Source: Hyphomicrobiales bacterium
Lineage (GTDB): Bacteria; Pseudomonadota; Alphaproteobacteria; Rhizobiales; Aestuariivirgaceae
Reading direction: 5' to 3'
Assembly (NCBI GenBank): GCA_043757845.1
Contig: JAYVOQ010000059.1
Location: 6,267 to 70,266, forward strand
Length of the DNA stretch: 64,000 nt
The notes beneath the pieces were generated by a model. The model had not been told where the DNA came from. It ran no database searches and saw nothing but the letters and a program-made list of their open reading frames with translations. Shown here one piece after another: positions 18,898-28,473 of the stretch. Every line of letters begins with the position of its first letter. Positions within the stretch are counted from its first letter, which is position 1. Made by a program: the position numbers and the translations under genes.

Positions 18898-20159
18898 AGC
18901 GGGCCTTTCTGGATGCACGTTTGCCGATGGGCCATGGTGGCCTATTAATTGAAGGCGGCAAGATTTTGGCAGTGGGCCAGGACGTTAGTGCGGCCAATGT
19001 GGGTGCGGCTGAAATTCACCTTTGCGCTGGTCGGATGATTTTACCCGGCGTGATCGATATGCGGGTTTTCACTGGCGAGCCTGGCAGTGAATACCGCGAG
19101 ACACTGGCTTCGGCTTCTGAAGCTGCTGCTGCGGGGGGTGTAACCACCATGATCGTGATGCCAAACACGGCCCCAGTGATTGATAATGCCGCAATGGTAG
19201 ATTTCATTCTCAGGCGCGCGCGCGATACAGCCAAAGTGCGTGTCGCCCCTATGGGAGCGATTACCAAAGGCATCAAAGGTGCTGAGATGGCTGAATTTGG
19301 CCTCATGAAAGAGGCCGGAGCCGTAGCGGTGACGGACGGAACCCATGGGGTGATCAACAGCGGACTTCTGCGCCGCGCCATGCTTTACGCCAAAGATCAT
19401 GACATATTGGTGGTGCAGCATGTGGAAGAGCCTGCCCTTGCCATAGGCGTAATGAATAACGGCGCTGTATCAGCCGCGCTTGGCCTGCCCGGCAGCTATG
19501 CCATGGCCGAAGTGATAATGCTGGAGCGTGATTTGCGCTTAGTGGAGATGACAGGCTGCCGTTATCATGCCTCCCAAATTTCATGCGCCGAGAGTGTTGA
19601 GGTTATGCGCCGAGCCAAGCACAAGGGTTTGGCCGTTACATGTGGCGCTTCAGTCCATCATTTGGGCCTGAATGAAAGTGATGTTGGGCCTTACCGCACT
19701 TTCTTCAAAGTTTCTCCGCCACTGCGCAGTGAAGATGATAGGCGGGCGCTGGTCGCGGGCTTGGCCGAAGGTGTGATTGAGGTGGTGGTTTCAGGCCATG
19801 ACCCGCAAAGCGACGACACAAAACGTCTGCCCTTTGCCGAAGCTGCCTTCGGCGCGGTAGGCTTGGAAACTCTGCTGGCCGCGAGTTTGACCATGGTTCA
19901 CAACAAAAACATAGACTTAAAGCGGTTAGTGGAAGTTTTAAGTGAGGCTCCTGCTCGGCTCTTGGGACTTGCGCAGGGCCACTTGCGAACTGGTGCGCCA
20001 GCTGATTTCGTGGTGGTTGACCCCCATCATAACTGGAAAGTTGAACCTGAGAATTTGCGCACGCGCTCTAAAAACTCACCCTTTGAACACCGCACTTTGG
20101 AAGGCCGCGCCCTGGAGACTTGGGTTGCGGGCACCAAAGTTTACGCTTACGCTGACTAG
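18894..20159 (+). CDS. dihydroorotase-like protein, probably the non-catalytic PyrC' type
   Basis: ATGA overlap with pyrB. Amidohydrolase fold, but the DxHxH metal motif reads DMRVF (19056-19070) and the TDHAPH segment reads SGHDPQ. Confidence 0.8.
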   Translation: MKRAFLDARLPMGHGGLLIEGGKILAVGQDVSAANVGAAEIHLCAGRMILPGVIDMRVFTGEPGSEYRETLASASEAAAAGGVTTMIVMPNTAPVIDNAAMVDFILRRARDTAKVRVAPMGAITKGIKGAEMAEFGLMKEAGAVAVTDGTHGVINSGLLRRAMLYAKDHDILVVQHVEEPALAIGVMNNGAVSAALGLPGSYAMAEVIMLERDLRLVEMTGCRYHASQISCAESVEVMRRAKHKGLAVTCGASVHHLGLNESDVGPYRTFFKVSPPLRSEDDRRALVAGLAEGVIEVVVSGHDPQSDDTKRLPFAEAAFGAVGLETLLAASLTMVHNKNIDLKRLVEVLSEAPARLLGLAQGHLRTGAPADFVVVDPHHNWKVEPENLRTRSKNSPFEHRTLEGRALETWVAGTKVYAYAD

Positions 20160-20750
20160 ATGTTTGGCCTGACAATTTCAGTTCTGATCGGCTATTTTGC
20201 GGGCTCAATTCCTTTTGGTTTGCTTCTGGCGCAAGCGGCTGGTCTTGGCGATATTCGTAAAATCGGATCAGGCAATATCGGGGCCACCAATGTTTTGCGT
20301 ACCGGCAATAAATCGGTCGCGGCACTCACACTGCTCTGTGATGTTTTGAAGGGTCTTTTGCCCGTTCTCTTGGCGCGTTGGCTTGGCGGCGATGTCGCGG
20401 CGGTGCTTACTGGATTTGCTGCGATGGCTGGGCACATCTTCCCCATTTGGTTGGGCTTCAAAGGTGGCAAAGGCGTTGCGACAGCAGCCGGCGTGTTGTT
20501 GGGTTGGAGCTGGCCAGTGGCAATCGCTGCAGTTTTGGGTTGGCTATTGGTTTTTTCGGTATCGCGAATTTCATCGCTTTCGGCTTTGTGCGCCATATTT
20601 GCAGCTGTCATTGGCGCTCTATGGTTTGACACATCTCAGGTTTGGTTTGTGGGTCTATTGGGCGCTGCGGTTGTGGTGACGCACCGGGCTAACATTGCGC
20701 GATTGATCAAAGGGGAGGAACCGAAAACTTCTTTTGCCAAAGCTAAATGA
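20160..20750 (+). CDS. plsY: glycerol-3-phosphate acyltransferase PlsY
   Basis: GSGNIGATN motif in a polytopic 196-aa protein. Confidence 0.93.
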   Translation: MFGLTISVLIGYFAGSIPFGLLLAQAAGLGDIRKIGSGNIGATNVLRTGNKSVAALTLLCDVLKGLLPVLLARWLGGDVAAVLTGFAAMAGHIFPIWLGFKGGKGVATAAGVLLGWSWPVAIAAVLGWLLVFSVSRISSLSALCAIFAAVIGALWFDTSQVWFVGLLGAAVVVTHRANIARLIKGEEPKTSFAKAK

Positions 20751-21844
20751 AGCTTGTGGCTCTCAGCGAAGATGAGCGCTTGCAATGGCATCGACTTGCG
20801 CAAAGTGAGAATGTTGGCCCCATTACGTTCAGGCAGTTGCTGGAAAGGTTCGGCACGGCAGCGGCGGCCTTAGCGGCCTTGCCCGATCTTTCACAGCGCG
20901 GCGGGGCTCGACGTGGCATTCAAATTTACGAACAAGCGAGATCAGAACTAGACTTTGCTAATACGAAGCGAATTGGCGCACGCTATGTGGCTTTATGTGA
21001 ACCTGAATATCCTGATCTGCTGCGACATGCGCCCGCACCTCCTCCGCTTATTTGCATCAAAGGTTCTGCTGTTTTAATGCAGCGACGTCTTATCGGGATC
21101 GTTGGGGCCCGCAATGCATCTGCCAACGGCATGCGATTTACAAGGCAGATTGCGAATGAGCTTGGGATGGCTGATTTCGTGATCGTATCTGGCTTGGCAC
21201 GCGGAATTGATACAGCCGCACATGAAGCCAGCATTGACACGGGCACAATTGCTGTTGTGGCCGCAGGGATTGATCACAATTATCCGCCAGAGAATGCGAA
21301 ACTCCAGTCCGCAATTGCTGAACGTGGATTGCTATTGTCGGAAATGCCACCTGGAAACACGCCAAAGCCTGAAAGCTTTCCACGGCGCAACCGGATCATT
21401 GCAGGCTTGGCGCAAGCGGTTGTTGTGGTTGAAGCGGCAATGCGCTCAGGTTCTTTAACCACGGCGCGGTTTGCGGCGGAGGCCGGACGCGAAGTCTTTG
21501 CTGTGCCCGGTTCGCCACTTGATCCGCGCTGTGAGGGCACGAATGGTTTGATCAAAGATGGCGCAAATCTTTTGCAAAGAGCCTCTGACATCAGTGGTGC
21601 GCATTTGGCTTTTGACATACCTCTGCGCGAGGAACCAGAACTGATCTATCGCTCACCGTATGACACATCATCAGTTTTGCGGGCTCGTGTAGCCCAGCTG
21701 CTTTCACCAACACCCGTGGAATTAGACGAACTTGTGCGTGAATCTGGTGGCAGCCCAGAAGAGGTGCAAGGCATTCTGTTAGAGCTAGAACTGGCAGGCG
21801 AAGTCCTGCGTTCCAGCGGTGGCCGAGTAGCGCGTATCAAGTGA
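20747..21844 (+). CDS. dprA: DNA-processing protein DprA
   Basis: GLARGIDTAAH motif, Rossmann-like core and C-terminal winged-helix tail. ATGA overlap with plsY. Confidence 0.9.
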   Translation: MKLVALSEDERLQWHRLAQSENVGPITFRQLLERFGTAAAALAALPDLSQRGGARRGIQIYEQARSELDFANTKRIGARYVALCEPEYPDLLRHAPAPPPLICIKGSAVLMQRRLIGIVGARNASANGMRFTRQIANELGMADFVIVSGLARGIDTAAHEASIDTGTIAVVAAGIDHNYPPENAKLQSAIAERGLLLSEMPPGNTPKPESFPRRNRIIAGLAQAVVVVEAAMRSGSLTTARFAAEAGREVFAVPGSPLDPRCEGTNGLIKDGANLLQRASDISGAHLAFDIPLREEPELIYRSPYDTSSVLRARVAQLLSPTPVELDELVRESGGSPEEVQGILLELELAGEVLRSSGGRVARIK

Positions 21845-21971
21845 ATGGTATTACTGAAGCATAGATTTGGGGGCGGCGGATCATCACAGTTATCAGCTGA
21901 ATGGTCGAGCCATTACAGCCGAACTGGCTAGTGGTGTGTTACACGCCGCTTACTTTTAAATTTAAATAGCT

Positions 21972-22625
21972 TTATACTTCGTCTTCGGGATAGATCCATG
22001 GTTCTTTGAGGGCAGCGGCTTTCCATGATGTGAAGGCCGCGCTGTTCAAGACTGCCGCAATATAAGATTTAGAAATTTTGCCAACTGGAATCTTGTAAGT
22101 TTCAATGCGCGATGCAACGGGAGCAAACATCGCGTCTGCATTAGTAAACTTCCCAAATAGAAAATCGCCCTTCGCCCCAAAGCGCTTATGGGCCTCGGTC
22201 CACAGCCCCTCGATGCGGGCCAAGTCTTTCAAAATTGCATCATTCATCACCACCGACTGGGGTGGCCTTCGGATGTTCATCGGGCAGGCGCTTCGCAAAG
22301 CGCGAAAGCCCGAATGCATTTCGGCGCACATTGAACGCGCAAAGGCGCGGGCTTCGGCGTTTTTGGGCCAAAGTTGCTTTTTCGGCCATGTCTCAGCAAC
22401 ATATTCAAGAATTGCAAGGCTATCCCAAATTACATTTTCCTTATGAATGAGGATTGGCACAAGGCCGGCCTTCGAATAGCGGCGCACTGCCTTTGAAAAC
22501 TGGGGCTCTCCAAAGCGGATCAATTTTTCTTCAAATTCAATATCGGCCTTTTTCAAGGCCATGTAGGGACGCAGCGACCAACTTGAATAATTTTTGTTTC
22601 CGACGATCAGTAGTGGTTTTGACAT
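21972..22625 (-). CDS. glutathione S-transferase family protein
   Basis: 217 aa. N-terminal thioredoxin-like GST domain (NKNYSSWSLRPYMAL) and a helical C-domain. Confidence 0.75.
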   Translation of the reverse strand: MSKPLLIVGNKNYSSWSLRPYMALKKADIEFEEKLIRFGEPQFSKAVRRYSKAGLVPILIHKENVIWDSLAILEYVAETWPKKQLWPKNAEARAFARSMCAEMHSGFRALRSACPMNIRRPPQSVVMNDAILKDLARIEGLWTEAHKRFGAKGDFLFGKFTNADAMFAPVASRIETYKIPVGKISKSYIAAVLNSAAFTSWKAAALKEPWIYPEDEV

Positions 22626-22634
22626 CTCAATTTC

Positions 22635-23834
22635 CTACATCGATTTTGGCAAGTGGCGCCAGACAAGAGCACTCATTAAGCTTACGCTCAAGCCCAACAG
22701 AATAAAAACGATTGATACATCGTAATAGCGCAAAACAACCGCATAGATTATAGACGGCAGCAACTCAGACATTTCAATGAATGTGCGGTAGACGGCGGCC
22801 ATGCGTTGACGGTCGTAGAAGCGCACTGCCCGTAAAAATGGGATGCCGCCGATACTGTCAATTCCCGAAGCTGCCAAAGCGGCGAAGAGAAGTAACCCTG
22901 CCGCAAGTTGTGGTGCATTAACGCCAATCAAGCCTGCCGCAAAACTTGCAATTGCAATAACAGCGAAACATCCAGCAAGGATCAAGCGTAGTCCACGACG
23001 TTTCGCCAGTGGCCCATAGATGAAGGCCGTCAATAGAAAGAGTTGGCTGAGGCTGATAATGGCGCCGCCATATTGTTTGCTGAGGCCACCTTCAATCATC
23101 AACAGGGGCCCATAGGTGAAGAATGTTCCCCAAAAGCAAGACCGCGCAAAAGCTATGGCCCAAGCAAGGCGTAATCGAGGTTGCTGAACAAAATGAGTGA
23201 CATTTGCTAAGGGATTGAAAGGCTGCATGTTGCCTCGGGGCAAGGTTTGCTTATCGTTCAGGCGCAAGACCCAAAATACGCCGAGCAAAGTTAGGGCTGA
23301 CGTTATGGCCGCAATCTGTGGTGCTGCGTGGCCATAATGATCATAGAGCCAAACTCCGGTGAATGGGCCCACAACCCATGCCACGGTGGACAAAGCAAGT
23401 CTCAAAGGCTCACTTGTGGTAAAATCTTCTTTCTTAATGTGGTCGAGAATGTAGAGTTGCAAAGTGATGTTGGTGATGGAGGCTCCGATGTTTCGCATCA
23501 TGGTTCCCGCCACCTGCCCCGGCAACGTAAAAGTCGCCAGTGCGGCACTCCCGGTAACCAATAATATGCAGCCAAGCGTATAGGCCCACCTCCTGCGTAA
23601 TTGGCCAAAAACGAATGGTAAAAGCAGTGTCACGCAGAGCACTGTGGCCGACACCGCAGCGCCCAGCACACTTACTTTTTGTGTTGCCCGCAAAATGTCA
23701 TAAGCTTGGATCGACAGCACTCCCGAATTAAAGGCCCGCGTGAGAGATTCCAATAGGAACAGAATGCTGAATGTCCAAATCCCTGCCGCCTTTTTATGCG
23801 GGGGCAGAATCACAGCGTCGATAGGGTTATCCAT
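22635..23834 (-). CDS. MFS transporter
   Basis: About 12 predicted TM helices. ORF 22635..23840 (TTG), first ATG at 23834. Substrate unknown. Confidence 0.7.
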   Translation of the reverse strand: MDNPIDAVILPPHKKAAGIWTFSILFLLESLTRAFNSGVLSIQAYDILRATQKVSVLGAAVSATVLCVTLLLPFVFGQLRRRWAYTLGCILLVTGSAALATFTLPGQVAGTMMRNIGASITNITLQLYILDHIKKEDFTTSEPLRLALSTVAWVVGPFTGVWLYDHYGHAAPQIAAITSALTLLGVFWVLRLNDKQTLPRGNMQPFNPLANVTHFVQQPRLRLAWAIAFARSCFWGTFFTYGPLLMIEGGLSKQYGGAIISLSQLFLLTAFIYGPLAKRRGLRLILAGCFAVIAIASFAAGLIGVNAPQLAAGLLLFAALAASGIDSIGGIPFLRAVRFYDRQRMAAVYRTFIEMSELLPSIIYAVVLRYYDVSIVFILLGLSVSLMSALVWRHLPKSM

Positions 23835-23872
23835 GGGCAATCATTGCGCTTGGCCCCCAAGTTGAGGCAAGA

Positions 23873-23898
23873 GGTGAAGTCAATGCTATTTCTTCACC
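23873..23898. promoter_or_regulatory. perfect 7-bp inverted repeat GGTGAAG-N12-CTTCACC in the MFS/CDF divergent spacer
   Basis: Read directly from the sequence. It ends 16 nt upstream of the CDF ATG (23914). Confidence 0.3.
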
Positions 23899-23913
23899 CC
23901 ACAGGTTTTCGTT

Positions 23914-25311
23914 ATGACTGACGTTTCGAACATTAAATCCCGAGCCGCCGCACTTTCTATGGGAGTAAGCGCATTGTTGGCGATTGCAAAATTTGTGGTG
24001 GCGCTGATGACGGGATCATTGGGCATGCTTTCGGAGGCCTTGCACAGCCTGATCGATTTTGGTGCAACAATCGTCACATGGTTTGCGGTGCGATGGGCCG
24101 ACGTGCCCGCTGATGAAGACCACCATTATGGCCATGCTAAAATCGAAAGTGTAGCGGCGCTACTCGCTGCTTGTTTGCTTGCTCTCACAGCGGTCTATGT
24201 CGCCTACACAGCGGCCCAGCGCCTGTTTTTGAATTCGGCACCGCCAGAAATCACTTGGTGGGCAGTTGGTTTGATTATTTTGGCTATCGCCGTCGATTAT
24301 AACCGTGCCTCCGTGCTCAGCACCATCGCTACTGAACAGGAAAGTGCTGCACTTGCGGCTGATGCTGCACATTTTAAATCTGATATGTTTGGTTCTGTTG
24401 CGGTGCTACTAGGTTTATGTGGAATAATACTGGGGTACGGTTGGGCAGACTCAGTTGCCGCTTTGGCAGTTGCTGTATTGATCCTATGGATTGCGCGACG
24501 TTTAGCTGCTGATGCCTTTGACACACTGCTTGACCGCGCCCCCGAAGGTATTTCTCAGGAGATTAAGGCCTTTACTGAACGTGAAGACGGTGTTCTTCAT
24601 GTGGAGCAACTTCGCATCAGGCAAGCCGGCAAAACTTCTTATATCTCACTTGTCGCGGATGTTCCGCGCAGCTTGGCAGCTGGTCAAATTGCAGCACTTG
24701 AAACTCGCCTCAAGGACAAAATTTCGAGCCTCGTCAGAAATCCTGATATTGGTATTGTATTTCGACCAGTCGCATTTGATAGCGAAAGTGTGAATGAAAA
24801 AGTAAATGCTATCGCAAGAGGCCGCGGCCTTTCCATCCATCATTTGATTGTGCAAAATCTTGCACAAAAATTGGCGGTCAGCTTTGACATTGAATTTGAC
24901 GGTGCAACATCACTTTCTGATGCACATGAGCAAGCCACGGAGATTGAAGAAGCAATCCGCGATGGGTTGGGTGGCAATGTCGAAGTGGAAAGCCACATAG
25001 AACCGCGTCCTATGCAGCAGATTGATGGCCGTGCTGTCAGTTTGAGAATGTCACGCATGTTAGAGGCGGCACTTCGAAAGCTTGCATCCAAGAAAGCAGC
25101 ACTTTCCGACCTTCATAATTTCCGAGTGCGACAAGACAATGATGGCAACTTCTACTTACATTACCACTGCAGGTTCGCACCCGAAGCCTCAATCGAAATG
25201 GTTCATGCAGTTTTGGACAGTCTTGAGGGACGCCTCAAGCTGAAATTCGCAAAGGTGGTGCGAGTTGTCGCCCATGCTGAGCCGATTGGACATGTAACCC
25301 TAAAACTTTAG
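23914..25311 (+). CDS. cation diffusion facilitator (CDF) transporter with three tandem C-terminal cytoplasmic domains
   Basis: Six TM helices with HxxxD in TM2 (HSLID) and TM5 (HFKSD). Three consecutive ZT_dimer-like alpha-beta modules follow (aa ~211-287, 288-366, 367-465). Total length is 465 aa, against about 300 aa for a typical CDF as I recall it. Confidence 0.8.
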   Translation: MTDVSNIKSRAAALSMGVSALLAIAKFVVALMTGSLGMLSEALHSLIDFGATIVTWFAVRWADVPADEDHHYGHAKIESVAALLAACLLALTAVYVAYTAAQRLFLNSAPPEITWWAVGLIILAIAVDYNRASVLSTIATEQESAALAADAAHFKSDMFGSVAVLLGLCGIILGYGWADSVAALAVAVLILWIARRLAADAFDTLLDRAPEGISQEIKAFTEREDGVLHVEQLRIRQAGKTSYISLVADVPRSLAAGQIAALETRLKDKISSLVRNPDIGIVFRPVAFDSESVNEKVNAIARGRGLSIHHLIVQNLAQKLAVSFDIEFDGATSLSDAHEQATEIEEAIRDGLGGNVEVESHIEPRPMQQIDGRAVSLRMSRMLEAALRKLASKKAALSDLHNFRVRQDNDGNFYLHYHCRFAPEASIEMVHAVLDSLEGRLKLKFAKVVRVVAHAEPIGHVTLKL

Positions 25312-25604
25312 CTAATTGCCGCCCTGCTCATTTCTTTAATCCGTTCCAATTCACCCTCCGGCAATTCAATTTGAGTGGCAACCGTGAATGCTTCGTAGTG
25401 AGCAACTTCAAGCAACCCTTGCAGCGACACCAACTCATAAGTTTTTGCCAGATTACGCAGCACCAGGGTCATTTCTGAGATATATTGCGCAGTTTCGCGT
25501 TTGGCTCGTGCATTTGTTGCGTCTTGCAGTGGGAATTTGTCGGTTTTCGTTTTTAAAGTAAATGTCATGGATTTTACCCTGAGCGCAGTCACTCGATACA
25601 CCAT
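25308..25604 (-). CDS. hypothetical small helical protein (86-98 aa)
   Basis: ORF only, with alternative ATG at 25568 and no recognised motif. Its stop codon overlaps the CDF stop codon (convergent). Confidence 0.35.
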   Translation of the reverse strand: MVYRVTALRVKSMTFTLKTKTDKFPLQDATNARAKRETAQYISEMTLVLRNLAKTYELVSLQGLLEVAHYEAFTVATQIELPEGELERIKEMSRAAIS

Positions 25605-25845
25605 AAAGGTGCATAGAATTTTTAATATGTATTATAAGTTGAGTCAGGGTGCGTTTTGTAAATTTTGATCTCTAGCACCTTGAAGTGACTTTGGGCGCGA
25701 ACTTTGCTTGTTCGTTGCACGGTAAACATATGATAACATTTAATAATGTTTATTTTTTTGTGAGTACGTTCGGTGAAACTTGGCACAGCAACTTGCCATT
25801 CCCGTGTCTGCACACTAAGTGAGGCTCTTGAGTTTGGATTTATAA

Positions 25846-28473
25846 ATGACCGTTGTCGTCGTCGAATCGCCCTCCAAGGCGAAAACTATCAATAAATATC
25901 TCGGCAAGGATTTCACCGTTCTTGCCTCTTTTGGTCATGTGCGGGATTTGCCGGCCAAAGATGGCTCGGTAAAGCCCGATGAAGATTTCGCTATGGCGTG
26001 GGAAGTGGACAGCAAATCCGCCAAACGCCTTTCTGATATCGCCACAGCTCTGAAAGGCTCTGACCGCCTGGTTTTGGCCACCGATCCAGACCGTGAAGGG
26101 GAAGCCATTTCCTGGCATGTGTTTGAAGTTCTGAAAAAGAAGGGCGCACTGAAAGGCAAGACGGTTGAACGCGTGGCATTTAACGCCATCACCAAGTCTT
26201 CAATTCTTGAGGCCATGGCGCACCCACGTGAGATCGATGCTGCTTTGGTGGATGCTTATCTGGCACGGCGTGCGCTAGATTATTTGGTTGGCTTTACACT
26301 TTCTCCCGTATTGTGGCGCAAACTTCCAGGTTCGCGTTCTGCGGGCCGCGTGCAGTCCGTTGCTTTGCGCATTATCTGTGACCGTGAACTTGAGATTGAA
26401 GCTTTCAAGTCTCAGGAATACTGGACAATCGATGCAACCTTTAGCACCGCAAAGGGCATTGAGTTTACGGCTGGCCTCACCAGCGTCGATGGTAAAAGGC
26501 TTGAGAAACTTGGCATTGGTAATAAAACCGCAGCTCAGGCCATTGCGGCAACGCTTAAGGGCCAGCCGTTCACCGTCGAGAGCCTGGAAAGCAAGCCCGC
26601 CAAACGCCATCCGTTTCCGCCTTTCCGCACATCCACGTTACAACAAGAAGCTTCACGCAAGTTAGGTTTCAGCTCAGCGCGCACCATGCAGATTGCGCAA
26701 CGCCTTTATGAGGGCGTGGAACTTGATGGTGAAACGGTGGGCCTAATCACCTATATGCGAACTGACGGTGTGGATATGGCACCCGAAGCCATTGCCGCAG
26801 CCCGAAATGCTATTTTGAAAAATTTCGGCGAGCCCTATGTGCCTTCGACCCCGCGCAAATACACGTCAAAGGCCAAGAACGCACAGGAAGCGCATGAAGC
26901 CATTCGCCCAACTGAATTGATGCGCCACCCCGACCAAGTGCGCAGCGTTTTAGAAGCCGATCAGTTAGCGCTTTATGATTTAATATGGAAGCGCACCATT
27001 GCGAGCCAGATGGAAAGTGCGGAGTTAGAGCGTACGGCTGCTGACATCGGCACGCGTGGCCTTGACGGTAAGCATTATTCGTTTCGCGCTACGGGATCTG
27101 TGGTAAAGTTTGATGGGTTTCTGCGCGCCTACAATGAAGATTTAGACGACGAGGAAGATGAAGACGCCAAGCGCTTGCCCGCCATGGTTCGCGGGGATGC
27201 CACAGGTGTCAAGGGCATTGCGCCAATTCAGCATTTTACCGAGCCACCGCCGCGCTATTCGGAATCGTCGTTGATCAAGAAATTAGAAGAGCTTGGGATC
27301 GGTCGCCCGTCGACCTATGTGTCCATTCTGAAGACGCTGACTGATCGCGGTTATATGCGCATCGAAAAAAAGCGACTGATCCCAGATGATAAGGGACGCG
27401 TCGTAACAGCCTTCCTCGAAAGTTTCTTCAAGCGCTATGTTGAATATGATTTTACGGCCAATCTGGAAGAGCAGCTAGACCAAATCTCAAATGGTGATCT
27501 GCCCTACAAAGATGTACTTCGACAATTTTGGAAAGACTTCACAGCAGCACTTGGTGAAGTGAAAGATTTGCGTATCACGCAAGTGATTGACGCGCTGAAT
27601 GATTTGCTTGCGCCACATATTTTTCCGGCCAAACCTGACGGCGGCGATCCGCGCGCTTGCCCTTCTTGCACGGATGGAAGACAGTCATTGAAGCTGGGCC
27701 GATTTGGCAGTTTCATTGGCTGCACAAACTATCCCGCATGCAACTATACGCGCCAACTCTCAATGAATGGTGATGCTGCTGATGCCGTACCAGCTGATGG
27801 TATTGTCTTAGGGCAAGACCCCGAGACTGGTTTCAACATCACGCGGCGTATGGGTCGCTTCGGGCCTTACTTGCAGTTGGGCGAAACAGTTGAAGATGAG
27901 AAGCCCACACGTGCCTCCATTCCTCGCGGCACTAATCCTGCCGAGGTAACACTCGAACAAGCGTTACAGCTTCTTTCATTGCCGCGCGAAGTTGGTTTGC
28001 ATCCCGAAACAAAAACACCGATCAGCGCAAACTTTGGCCGCTTTGGGCCTTTCATTGTGCATGATGGCACTTATGTAAATTTGAAAGATCGCGAAGAAGT
28101 ATTTACCATTGGCCTCAACCGAGCCGTTGACTTGTTAGCAGAAAAACGCGCCAAAGGCCCATCAAACCGTGCGCGACCCGGCGCTTTGAAAGTGTTGGGA
28201 GATCACCCAGATGGTGGCAAGATTGAGTTGTTCACCGGCAAATATGGGGCCTATGCCAAGTATGGAAAAATTAATGCCACACTGCCAAAGGATAAGACTG
28301 TCGAAGCCTTGACGCTCGAAGAAGGCATTGCCTTGGTGAACGAGCGTGCTGAAGCGACGGGCAAGAAGTCCGGGATCAAAAAAGTTGCAAAGAAAGCCAC
28401 GGCAAAAAAATCCGCCAAGAAGGCGACCAAAAAAGTTGTCAAAAAAGCGGCTGTAAAAGCTAGTGCCGCGTAA
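25846..28473 (+). CDS. topA: DNA topoisomerase I
   Basis: Toprim start VVVESPSKAKTI, active-site LITYMRTDG, C-terminal Zn-ribbon cysteines and a Lys/Ala-rich tail. Confidence 0.97.
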   Translation: MTVVVVESPSKAKTINKYLGKDFTVLASFGHVRDLPAKDGSVKPDEDFAMAWEVDSKSAKRLSDIATALKGSDRLVLATDPDREGEAISWHVFEVLKKKGALKGKTVERVAFNAITKSSILEAMAHPREIDAALVDAYLARRALDYLVGFTLSPVLWRKLPGSRSAGRVQSVALRIICDRELEIEAFKSQEYWTIDATFSTAKGIEFTAGLTSVDGKRLEKLGIGNKTAAQAIAATLKGQPFTVESLESKPAKRHPFPPFRTSTLQQEASRKLGFSSARTMQIAQRLYEGVELDGETVGLITYMRTDGVDMAPEAIAAARNAILKNFGEPYVPSTPRKYTSKAKNAQEAHEAIRPTELMRHPDQVRSVLEADQLALYDLIWKRTIASQMESAELERTAADIGTRGLDGKHYSFRATGSVVKFDGFLRAYNEDLDDEEDEDAKRLPAMVRGDATGVKGIAPIQHFTEPPPRYSESSLIKKLEELGIGRPSTYVSILKTLTDRGYMRIEKKRLIPDDKGRVVTAFLESFFKRYVEYDFTANLEEQLDQISNGDLPYKDVLRQFWKDFTAALGEVKDLRITQVIDALNDLLAPHIFPAKPDGGDPRACPSCTDGRQSLKLGRFGSFIGCTNYPACNYTRQLSMNGDAADAVPADGIVLGQDPETGFNITRRMGRFGPYLQLGETVEDEKPTRASIPRGTNPAEVTLEQALQLLSLPREVGLHPETKTPISANFGRFGPFIVHDGTYVNLKDREEVFTIGLNRAVDLLAEKRAKGPSNRARPGALKVLGDHPDGGKIELFTGKYGAYAKYGKINATLPKDKTVEALTLEEGIALVNERAEATGKKSGIKKVAKKATAKKSAKKATKKVVKKAAVKASAA

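Noticed and set aside
25699-25713. GAAC/GTTC words (GAACtttgcttGTTC here and GAACttgcGTTC at 3521-3532) as alphaproteobacterial LexA boxes
   Set aside because: The alphaproteobacterial SOS box is a direct repeat (GTTC-N7-GTTC / GAAC-N7-GAAC). These are inverted or wrongly spaced.
25781-25797. Sigma-54-like TGGCAC-agcaac-TTGC upstream of topA
   Set aside because: The GG-to-GC spacing is one nucleotide longer than the strict -24/-12 spacing (TGGCAC-N5-TTGC), and topA is not an expected RpoN target.
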